DNA from: Azolla caroliniana
Taxonomy: Eukaryota > Plantae > Polypodiophyta
Length of the DNA: 64,000 nt
Reading direction: 5' to 3'
NCBI GenBank assembly: GCA_043228905.1
Contig: JBHGNT010000009.1
Span: forward strand, 10,912,001-10,976,000
The position numbers and the translations under genes are program-made. Below the pieces are notes generated by a model. It ran no database searches. It saw nothing but the letters and a program-made list of their open reading frames with translations, and was not told where the DNA came from. This document shows, one piece after another, positions 1 to 11,262 of this stretch (positions within the stretch are counted from its first letter, which is position 1; every line of letters starts with the position of its first letter).

Positions 1-3000
1 ACCTGCAATCGAAACAAGTGGTGTTTGGATTGCCCAAATTTAGTGGCCGGAAGGCACAAATTTGTGAAGCCTGCCAGCTTGGGAAGCAACACCGACTTCC
101 TTTCCCAAATGAGCGTAATCGGAGCCGGAATAAGCTAGACTTGATACATTCTGATGTGTGGGGGCCGACACAAAACATTAGTCTTGGCGGGAGCCGATAT
201 TTTGTCTCCTTCATCGACGACTACACGCGCCACACGTGGATCTACCTCATTGAGAGGAAAAGCGAAGTCTTCGACTGTTTTCGGGACCTCAAAGGGTTCG
301 TGGAAACGGAAACAGGAAGAAAGATCAAGTGCCTGCGGTCGGATGGCGGAAAAGAATACTTTTCCGGTCAATTCAACGGTTATCTACAACAGATTGGAAT
401 TCGACGCGAATTCAGTTGTAGATACACGCCAGAGCAAAATGACGTGGCCGAGAGAAAAAATCGGTCAGTTGTGGAAGCTGCACGCGCAATGCTGGAGGAG
501 AAGAGCTTGCCCAAGTTCTATTGGGCCGAAGCGGTAAGAACCGCTGTATACATCCAGAACCGGATCGGAGAAAAAGTGTCGGCGCACGAGCTATACTTTG
601 GAACAAAGCCGAACTTGTGACACTTACGAGTTTTCGGTAGCATTGCGTATGTACATGTGCCGAAGGAGAAAAGGAGGAAGTTGGACGCAAAAGCCAAGAA
701 GTGTATCTTGGTCGACTATTCGGACGAGCAGAAGGGTTATAAGTGCTATAACCCGCGTACCAAACAACCGCGCGTGAGCCGCGACGTTGTGTTTGATGAG
801 TCCGCGTCCTGGTACTTGCCTCCGACTCCGGACCTCACCTCCAATCCGAGTTTTGACGATGAGGACAACGAGGCCGAGGTGCCTCCGGCTGAGTTGGAAA
901 TCGGGACCCCCGAAGAGAGTCCGATTTCGGTTCGGTTAAGTGGACCGAATGGACGATTGAGTCGGTATGACCAGTCCGATGAAGAGCCGGCGAGTAGTGG
1001 AGACTCGGCTGTGCATTCCCCGCGTAGGAAGCCACGAAGACAAAGGGAAGAAGAAGGTGTCGGATTCCGGCACGGATAGGAACGGGTCGGACCGACGCGA
1101 GTCCGACTTCGAGGGAAGCGGCGACGGGCCTTCAGGAACAAAGTCTGCGTCGGCCGAGAAGACCTCGACATCGGCAAATGACCGATTACGCCGATCTACC
1201 TGCCAAAAGAACCCAGTTGTGTGGTTTGGATACAACGAGTACATGGCACATCACTATGCGTACATGACCCGTGTAGCAGAAGTGCGTGAGCCGGGGAGCT
1301 ATGCAGAAGCGGCGAAGGACGCGAATTGGCGCGCCGCGATGGAGGAAGAGATGCACGCATTGGCGGAAAACGAGACCTGGAATCTGGTTGACGCACCGAA
1401 GGGTGTGAAGCCGATCGGATGTAGGTGGGTGTACAAGGTCAAGTACAACACCGATGGCTCGGTCAACCGATACAAGGCCCGGTTAGTGGCAAAAGGCTAC
1501 GCGCAGAAACACGGCATCGACTACGATGAGACGTTCGCGCCGGTCGCAAAGCTGACGACCGTCCGTGTTTTGCTCGCAGTAGCCACGACCAAGGGGTGGC
1601 ACCTACATCAGATGGATGTAAAGAATGCATTCCTGCAAGGTGAGCTTGAGGACCAAATGTACATAGTACAGCCCCCCGGATTTCACTCCGGACCGAACAC
1701 GTCGGTAGTATGCCGATTGAAGAAGTCTCTTTACGGACTGAAGCAAGCCCCGCGTGCCTGGAATGCAAAAATCACGCATCGGCTGCGTCGGATGGGCTTT
1801 GCGACGTCAAAATCGGACTCCTCGTTGTTCATTCGGAAAGGACAACTCGGGCCGGTCAGTATTTTACTCTATGTTGATGACTTGGTCATCGCCGGCGCTG
1901 ACCTAGGTGAGATCAACCGCGTGAAGCTCCAACTTGCGGCATCATTCGACATGAAGGATCTGGGGGACCTTCATTACTTCCTCGGGATCGAAGTAATCCG
2001 CACCCCCGAAGGCATACTAATCAGCCAACGTCATTACGCGCTGAATATGCTCTTCAAATTCGGGATGGCAGATTGTAAGTCCGTCTCGACTCCTCTGGAC
2101 AGAACTGTCAAGCTTCGCCGATCCTCGTCCGCACATGCGTTCTCTCTTGGGGGTGCCGCGATAGCGTGGAGTAGCAAGAAGCAGCCGACAGTTGCACTGT
2201 CGAGCACCGAAGCCGAGTATAGAGGAGCGGCTGTCGCAACATGCGAAGCCATTTGGTTGAAGCGGCTACTTAAGGATTTGCAAGAGGAGGTGTCCGATCC
2301 AATGACGATCTACTGCGACAACCTCAGCAACATCCAACTCGCGAAGAACCCCGTCTTCCACGCACGGACCAAGCACATTGAGGTGCACTACCATTTTGTC
2401 CATGAGCGTGTCCTTTCTGGTGAAGTCGAACTTCAATATATTCCGACAGATCGGCAGACCGCCGACATCTTTACCAAGCCTCTTGGTCTGGACAAGTTGC
2501 GGCAATTTTTGAGTGCGCTTGGGTTGCGTCACTTCGACGTGCTGAACTTGAGGGGGAGAAACGTCCCAGATGACCACGAAAGGGAGCAGGAAAGGAGTGG
2601 AAAAGACCTCGAATCGGCTGAAGAAGCCGAGAGCAGATCCGCGGAAGAGTCCGAAAGCGGACACAAGGGGAGTAACCGAAAGAAAGAGCCAAAGCCAACC
2701 AAGCATGGGGGAGATGACGCCGTCAAGGGTGAGAAGACCAGAGACGAGTTGGAGACAACCAACTCGGATGAGAGCTCGGACGAGAGCGAAAACCGATCGG
2801 AGGTAGCCGAGTCGGTTCGGATGTTTGATTCAGATACACTGAATCAATTGAGGGCCAAGCAGGATAAGCGCCAACACCGCGACAACAAGGGACCTGTGAA
2901 GGGCCGTGGGAGTAGACAAGCCGACCAGAAGGGTCGAAGCGCGCGGAGTCGAACAGGCTGAGGAGCGCGAGCGAGGCGTGGAGCTAGGAGAAGCCGGAGC

Positions 3001-3462
3001 GTAGGTCCGGTAGAGCAGGCGGAACCTCAAGTTGAGCTTGAGGGGGAGTGTTGAGAGACAAGCTCAACATTTGTGCGTAATACGATGCGTAACCAATGCA
3101 TAGACTGGGTGCATAAAACCGGTACGCAGACCGGTGCGTAGAAAGGCCGTATCGGTACGTAGACCGAAAGGACGTTAGAAAGATATTCCTCGTAAGGAAT
3201 AGTTTTGGGAGTAAGTGTCGAGGCTCATTTATGAGCAGTGAAGTATTGTTAGTACTTGTGTCAGCCCACTGTCAGGGCTTGTATAAAAGTGGTCACTGAG
3301 CACATCCTATGTACAGATTGAGTATTATTTTTCGAATTTAAGTTCTTGTGTTACTCTCTCTCTGTCTCTCCCGTGCGTACTGTGAAGACCTAAGCTTTCC
3401 ATTAAACCTGCGTTTTCTGTTGTTCGGTTTTCATATATTGCTTCTGCACGCCATTCTTTTCA
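1..3462 (+). mobile_element. Ty1/copia LTR retrotransposon, family A copy 1 (5' part outside window): INT-RT-RNaseH, PPT, 3' LTR; degenerate
   Basis: INT (CEACQLGKQH, HSDVWGP, LRSDGGKEY), RT ([23 protein letters not shown]) and RNaseH (TKHIEVHYHF, ADIFTKPL) in copia order. In-frame deletion of ~92 aa near 2120 relative to the copy at 28.6-28.9 kb. PPT GAGGGGGAG ends at 3048. Confidence 0.96.
3049..3462 (+). repeat. 3' LTR of copia A1
   Basis: TG...CA termini directly after the PPT, TATAAAA near 3283, homologous to the LTRs at 13894-15255(-), 30079-30506 and 61328-61750. Confidence 0.9.
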
Positions 3463-3559
3463 GTATATAAGGTTATGGGTTCAAGTCTATCAAATTGTAC
3501 TCAACACAATATTTAAGTTTATTTTTATATCATGAAGCACATCCTTCATGACAACTTGA

Positions 3560-4865
3560 GAGTTAGAAGAATCCTCTGCACCCGACAAAGCATTCTGACA
3601 AAGACAAAGACTTCCAGACATTAAAAAAATAAAAGATTGGACCATGGACAGAGGTATGGGTAGTTCTTTACCGACCGAAAAGCTCGAGGGGAACAACTAT
3701 GCATCTTGGGAATACAAGAAGCACCAGCACCTTCTCGGACACGGGTACTAGAGTTATATGGATAGATAGAGCAAATGATGAAGCACGGAACTTGACACAC
3801 AAGGATTTCTCATCCTGGGAGCAAGTAGCAAGTAGAGCCTTATACTGCTTAAGATTTTGTGTGAATCACCAGATGCTAGGCTATATCCGAGACACCAAGA
3901 TGCCAAAGGAGGCTTGGCAAAATCTGAAAATGATTTTTGCAACAAGCATGAGGGCCAAAAAGTTGCAACTTAGGCATGAGCTGAACAACATCTGGCAGAA
4001 AGACATGTCGGTGGCCAATTACAACTCCAGAATAAAGTAGATCAACGACGCTCTAGGATCCATCAATGTGATGGTGGACAAGGATGAAATAGTGCAGGTC
4101 TGCCTTGGGGGACTGGCACAAAAGCACAAAGGTTTAGATCATTCCGAATGATGGTCTGTACAAGGGGTAAATGTTGTCCTTCGAGTTGCAATCGATGCTT
4201 CTCACCAAGGAGAACCATGGGGGTGTGTTGAAGAGCATGCACGCTGATAGCCAAATGTTGTACATGGAGGCGGATTGGCCCCGTGGTCAGGGTGGAAAAG
4301 GTGGACGAGCATGTGGCAGTGGCGACCGATATGAGAAGAATCAGAGGCACAACAGAAGTGCCGACAAAAATGGACCCTCCATGAGCAGGGGGAGTCTGGT
4401 TGGTGTCGGATGCTGGCGAGAAAAAGCCATGGATTGCTTGTATTGTGGCAAGAAAGGAAACAAAGAGAGTGATTACTAGAGAAAGAAGGCTGATTCGGAC
4501 TAAGCTAAATCAGGCAGAGCTGATCCAGAGAAACGGTAGAGATCGCACTATGTTGAGAACTCAATGCATGCTGGAAACGACCCTGCATTTATGATGAAGC
4601 ACAAGGCTAATCAGATGGGAGTGGGCACTTCGAAGTCGAAAGAGGTATGGTACATTGACTCCAATGCATCTAATCACATGACGAACCATGAAGAATGGTT
4701 CTCAACTCTTGAGAAGTCGGAGCAACCAAGGTTCATCGAGAGTGGCGAGGACACCTCTTGCCCCATCGCTCATTGGTGATGTCCCTTTGAGCTATGTCTT
4801 CCAAGGATAATTGGCAATATCCTGCATGTGCCGACAATCACCAAGAGTTTGGTGTCAGTTGGATA
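3560..4865 (+). mobile_element. Copia family A fragment (gag-protease pseudogene; LTR and PBS lost)
   Basis: ATG 3644 MDRGMGSSLPTEKL, zinc knuckle CLYCGKKGN, protease WYIDSNASNHMT; many stops and frameshifts. Boundaries approximate. Confidence 0.88.
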
Positions 4866-6616
4866 GGTATCCGTTTATGCCTCTGAATTTAGACAATTAG
4901 CATGTGATGTTTTGTGGGATGGCCAAGCTCTTTGCGACCATTTTTGTCGGGGCCTTCGAAGTGAGATTAAAAATTTACTACTCAACTTTCCGGAGCCTAC
5001 GTCATTGTCGCAAGCCATCACGCACACAGTTAGTTGTGACAATCGGTTGTTTGAGCTTCGTCAAGAGGAACAAGCAATTTCAAGGTGGAAAACCTCTTCG
5101 AGATCTTTTCCATCGTCATCGTACGATGACCCTGTGCCGATGGAAATTGATCGAGCTCGCGCCCTGCCACTCACAGAGGGTGAACAAAGGTATCATCGAA
5201 CCAACAGACTATCTTTATATTGTGGTGCATCCACCCATCTCATTCGTTTTTGCCCAATCAAGAATAATCAATGCCAAATATCTACAAACAATACGACAAG
5301 ACGGCCCCAACAACGGGAAAACGACGGTGTCCAACTACAGTAGGAGCCATGTGGTTGGACAATCCTCATTCGTGTCGCTCCCATAGTTCTGCTACATCGA
5401 CAGAAGATTTCTCCTTTTCGGTAAGCATCCATTTCAAGTCGATTTCAATTAGATAGATCCTTAACACTTCTAGATTCTGGGGCAACAACGTCTTTTATGG
5501 ACGAAAGGTTCGTTCGTAAACACAAATTCCCGGTTGTCCGGTTATCCAAGCCAATCCCAATGGAAGTTATTGATGGACGCATGCTTTCTTCGGGAGCAGT
5601 CACCGAAGCCACTGTCCCACTTATCTTACAGCTCGGGGACCACTAGGAGGCGTTAACGTTTTATGCTATCACTTCATCGCGACATCCGGTCATCCTCGGT
5701 TTGTCTTGGCTAAATGCACAGAATCCACTTGTTGATTGGCTCAATCACTTGATTGCTTTCTCCCAAACCAGCTCGGAGGTGCAAGCAATATCTCATTTGT
5801 TGCAGGCACTCACCCTCCCATTAATGTAGAAATAAGCTCCAAGGTGGATGCTCACATCCTAGTTACAACAAGGAAAATAGTGCATAGTGCCTTGTCGAGC
5901 AATCCAATGAGGACAACTATTGACTCACTACCGTCCAAGTATGAAGACTTCAAGGACGTATTTGAGAAAAAGAATGTTGATCACTTGCCTTAGCATCGAC
6001 GCTATGATTGTCCGATCGATCTGCAAGAAGGTGCCAGTCCTCCCTTTGGCCCAATTTATGGGTTGTCGGAAACAGAACTCCAGGCACTCCGAACGTATCT
6101 CGACGAGAACCTTGAAAAGGGTTTTATTCAACCCTCAAAATCACCAGCAGGAGCTCCTATTTTGTTCATGAAAAAGAAAGATGGATCCTAATGCCTCTGC
6201 GTCGACACTGCCTCTTATCCCAGAGTTGTTGCCTCTCATCCCAGAGTTGTTGGATCGACTCTGGACTGGGAAGATCTTCTCCAAGGTTGACCTACGAGGA
6301 GCATATAATTTGGTACGGATCAAACCTGGCAATAAATGGAAAACTGCCTTTAGAACGTGCTTCAGACATTTCGAGTATAAGGTAATGCCTTTCGGCCTCA
6401 CTAATGCTCCTATAGTATTTCAACATATGATGAATGAAATATTCTGAGAATATGTAGATCACTTTGTTGTGATCTATCTAGATGATATCTTGGTCTTCTC
6501 TTCGAACATCAAGGAGCATACTTGACATGTCAGGTTAGTCCTTGCCAAACTTCGCGAGCACGGACTCTATGCTAAAAGTGAAAAATGTGAATTTGATTGT
6601 ACTTCTGTAGAGTTTT
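4866..6616 (+). mobile_element. Ty3/gypsy chromovirus-type (Tcn1-like) element, gag-PR-RT part, degenerate
   Basis: Gag with PVPMEID and a decayed CCHC, protease [38 protein letters not shown]. Cut at 6617 by a copia LTR. Tcn1 assignment is by recalled similarity. Confidence 0.88.
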
Positions 6617-6881
6617 TGTTGGCATAAAAGGCCGACTCCTTCCAATTTGTATCCGTCCGAGTGTGAACTCGTTAAGAAGTTAGGGCTTAGTATATAAACG
6701 AATACCTAACATTGTAATGAGTGATGACGAGAATAGTATTGTATCTCTGAGAGAGAACGAAGTAATAAGAAGCTTTCCATTAAAGCTCGATCTACTATCT
6801 AAGTCTCGATTCACTGTATTTTCTATGTGTGTTGTTTTCTGTGCATAAGCGAACAGGTCCGCAAACGTTTTGCGCATACAT

Positions 6882-6924
<43 letters not shown>

Positions 6925-9900
6925 CAAATGGTATCAGAGCAACCTTGCTGCACGACAGCAATAGAAAACAGAAGAAGCTGAGAGGAAACGGCCAGGTTAG
7001 AAATCTTACTTTCATAAAAGGAATATGGCTTCAACATCCGGAACAGGAGTTGAAATCAGAAAGTTCGACGACAAAAATTTTGCCCTATGGAAGGAGATGA
7101 TGCAGGATGTGTTGATCATCCGAAGACAGGTTGAAGCCATTCGGCACAACGAAAAGCTTGCTTTGATGACAGTAGAAGAGTGGAGATCAGTGGACGAAAT
7201 AGCACGATCCACCATCCGAATGCACCTAGCCGAAAACGTCTACTTCAGCATGGGAAAAGAGACGACGACATTCTCATTGTGGGAGAAACTACATGTCGCC
7301 TATGAGAAGAAGTCCTCATCTTCAAAATTAATTTTGATCAAACAACTATTCAACATGAATATGACAGAGACTGATCCGGCAACCTCCCACATCAACACCT
7401 TCAGCCGGGTGTTGTCTGAGCTCTCATAACAAGGGATCAACTTCGAAGAAGAAGTGAAAGCCCTTGCCCTCCTATCGAGCTTGCCGACGAGTTGCGAGGT
7501 ATTCTGCACGACATACGCCAATAGCCGACCGAGCCTAAACATAGATGAAACAATCGGCCAAGTCCTCACAGAGGACATCAAGCGAAAATCGATGGGACTA
7601 ACCATTGATGAGTTGGTAGAAGCCCATCACTCGATTGAGTCGTTCAACCGACAGAGTCGAACGAAAGAACAAGCTGACAGAACCGGTCGACGCTACAGCC
7701 GATCGCAAACAAGGGGAGACCAACATCGGTCGAAGTCGAAAACGGGCCGATCAAGCGAGTACTGCACACACTGCAGGAAAGCTGGCCACAATGTTTCTAA
7801 ATGTTGGTCATTAAAAAGAAAAGAGAGTGGTCGGCGATCCGAGCAAAATCGGGGACGTTCCGACTCGGACCATTCTCCAATCGGCAACTAGATCAACGTT
7901 GCTGACACCCCATCCGGAGAAATCATCTCCTTAGAAGACTAAATGATCGGAGAAGTCCTCTACAGTGCACAAGTTGCACACACATGACTACTAGACTCTG
8001 GCGCCACATTTCACGTGACCCCTAACATTGAATGGTTCTTGAACTATTCAGTCGACACCAGCGGCACATTCCGATTGGGAAACGGGTTGGAGTGCAAGAT
8101 AGCCGGAACTAGGGAGGTTCCCATCAGATTGCCAAATGGCAACACAATAACCCTGCACTGAGTTCGGCACGTACTTGATCTAAAGAGAAGTCTGGTCTCC
8201 ATCGACATGTTAGCCGAAGACGGGTATCGAACGACTCTACATGAGTCGACATGGGTGATTAGTTGAGGAAACCTCAAAATCGGTGGTGGGCACAAGTATA
8301 ATAACCTATACCGATTGATGGTGATCAACCCTAGAGGGGCCCTGAACATAGCCGAGAAAACCGACCTGAACTTATGGCATGGCCGACTTGGCCTCATGTC
8401 TCAAGCTGAATTTGATCAACTGATGTCAGTCGGCTACATTCCAAAACTCCAGGCAAAGACGGACTTTTGCGAGCATTATCGATATGGGAAACAAACCCAA
8501 AGTCCACACTCACTCCATTACGAGATGGTACGACAACCCCTAGAGCTCGTGCACATAGACATATCTGGGCCCATGCCAAAGTGATCACTAGGAGGCTCCC
8601 GGTACTTCATCACATTCGTAGATGATTGTACACGAAAAGTTTGGGCATACTCCATCAAGTCCAAAGTCGAAGCGCTCGAGGTCTTCACTCGATGGATATC
8701 TGAAGTGGAGAACTGGTTGGGATACAGAGTGAAGACACTCCGATTTGACAACAGAGGTGAATACGCCTCCAAAGCCTTAAAGTAGTACCTGTCCGGAAAA
8801 GGGATCCGACACCAAAAGATTGTTCCCTACACACCCATTCAAAATGGAGTGGCAGAACGGATCAAAAGGACGATCCAAGAGAGGGTGATGGCAATGCTCC
8901 ATCAAGCCGGACTAAAGCTGGAATTCTGGGCCGAGGCATTGAAGACGGTAGTGTACATGATAAATCGTGCACCGTCAAGAGCAATCAAGCTCGAAATGCC
9001 ATGGCACTATGGTCAGGCAAACAACCGACCTACGATAAGCTCCATATATTCGGATGTGAAGCCTACACCTTCATTCCCAGGGACAAAAGGACGAAGTTGG
9101 CACCCCATGCAACAAAGTGCATATTTCTCGGTTATGGAATTGATGGGGACTTCGGCTACCGGTTATGGGACCCTCAGAACCGGAAATTGATCTGGAGCAG
9201 CGACGTAGTCGTCAATGAAGACTCTTTCTTCTCTCAGCGGAACCAACAGAAAACGGTTAGTAAGAAGGTATCCTTCAAAGATGATAGCACTATTGTAGAA
9301 GGACCTACCCACCGGGTCGATTCGGAGACTCGACAAATAGTCGAACTCTAACAAGCTACCAACTTCCCTGCCGACACCGAATCAGCGACAAGTCCTATCG
9401 TCGAACTCAAAGACAAAGTCATCAAAGACACAGCCGAATCGACGAGGATCGATAAAGGCAAAGTCACCAAGAGACAAGTCAGAAAAGAGTCGACGACAAC
9501 CACAGGGGTGGACAACCAGACACCGTCGAAATCCCAATCTGGGGGCGGGACACCTAACAAGATTCCCGATACAAATGGTTCAACTAATACAGATCGACCA
9601 ACAGAGTTGATCGAAGGATCCGAACCAAACATGTCGGCACACAGGAGATCTATACGAGCTCGAAGGCAAACAAAGTTCTACCAACCGAGCCTCGACTATG
9701 TCAATTACAAGGATGCAGGCGAACCAAGCACCTATGAAGAAGCTATGGCCGCACCGAATGCCGAAACATGGCTACAAGACATGAACTCCGAAATGGACTC
9801 GATTCATCATAATCAAACATGGGAGCTGGTCGAACTACTAGTTGGAAGGAAGCCGCTACCTTGCAAATGGGTTTTCCGACTCTGAGAAACCCAAGTACAA

Positions 9901-10015
9901 AGCTCGGCTTGTCGCGAAAGGATTCAAACAGGAATACGGGATCGACTACGACGAGATATTCTCACCAGTAGTTAAGATGCCCACCCTCCGACTCCTACTA
10001 GGAGTCGTGGCGACT
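6617..10015 (+). mobile_element. Ty1/copia (Tnt1/Tork-like) element: 5' LTR, PBS, gag-PR-INT and start of RT; 3' end deleted
   Basis: LTR 6617-6926 (TG..CA, ends in a TACA/TA microsatellite). PBS TGGTATCAGAGC 6929-6940 (tRNA-iMet). Gag MASTSGTGVEIRKFDDKNFALWK, knuckle [29 protein letters not shown]. Confidence 0.92.
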
Positions 10016-11262
10016 CCTACTCCCGCAAATTCACGGCCCTAGAAATCAACTACCCCATATATGACAAGGAGCTTCTCACTATTATTGTTGCTTTTGAAGA
10101 ATGGAGACCCTATTTAGTCGGGGCGCAACACCATATCCAACTGATTACCGATCACAAAAATCTAATATACTTTCTACCACACGAACCTTAATCGTAGACA
10201 AGCACGATTGTCGAACTTCTTGGCAAACTATGATTTTGAGATAATCTTTCGGCCCAACGCTCAACACACGATGGTCGATGTCTTATCCCATCAGTTTGAG
10301 TTCGAGCTCAGTCTGGAGGGTGAAGCCTATGTTCAGCAGTCCCAGAGTTTGTTAAAGCCTAACCAATTCTACAACTTTGCGACGTGCTTGCTCTAGGATG
10401 ACTCTTTGCTCAAGCAAATAGCAGAAGCCACTACGACTGACAAATTCGCCACAGAGGTCAAGGCAAGTATCACAAACCCCTCCCATGAACCCAAAATACG
10501 CGATTTAGCTCGTTTTACAATTTAGGATAATCTTTTGTTTTGAGATAATCTTTTGTATGTCCCAAAAGGTCCTTGTTGAACAAGGGTGCTTCACGAGTGT
10601 CACGATGATCCACTTGTTGGTCATTTTGGCATTGCGAAAACCTTGGAGTTGATATCTTGGGGATATTGGTGGCCACAACCATGGAAATTGGTCAAAAATT
10701 TTGTGCTTGCTCTAAAGCATCTCATCATCGAACATATGGTCTCCTTCTCCCTCTCCCAATCCCCAAATAGCCTTGGGCCTCTTTCCATGGATTTTATCAC
10801 TAACCTTCTCTTTGTTGGTGGTTATGACTCGGTATTCGTCATGGTCGATCGCTTCACCAAGATGGCTCATTTTGCTCCATGTGCCAAAACCATTACCGGA
10901 GAGGGGAGAGCTGATTTGGTTTTCACAAACGTGGTTCGACTACATGGACTCCAGAACGATATTACTTCTGATTGAGGACCACAATTTGTTTCCAATTTTT
11001 GGCGGCGCCTTCTGCAAACCTTCGGTTGTATTGTGAATCTATCTTCTGCTTATCATCCGCAAAATGATGGACAAACGGAGTGGGTAAACCAAATCGTGGA
11101 ACAATACTTGCGGTGCTCTCATAGTTACCAACAAGACAACTAGGTTGACCTTCTCCCACTTGCCGAGTTCGCCTACAACAACTCTCTGCATGCATCTATG
11201 GGAGTTACTCCATTTTTCGCCAACTACGGTCTCCAACCCCGCTTCAACATTTCGCTTCCCTC
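10016..11262 (+). mobile_element. Ty3/gypsy RNaseH-integrase segment, probably the continuation of the 4866-6616 element
   Basis: [56 protein letters not shown]; same strand and lineage as the upstream part. Confidence 0.85.

Noticed and set aside
3463-3490. B-box-like GGTTCAAGTCT after the A1 LTR
   Set aside because: No A box or other tRNA context is visible; too short to call a SINE.
5341-5343. Stop-codon readthrough at the gag TAG
   Set aside because: A second in-frame stop follows before the protease; the -1 frame explanation fits better.
9989-10021. Palindrome CGACTCCTA-C-TAGGAGTCG plus direct repeat at the copia/gypsy junction
   Set aside because: Both sides read as native coding sequence ([10 protein letters not shown] and YSRKF), so filler DNA is not required; it may be coincidence.
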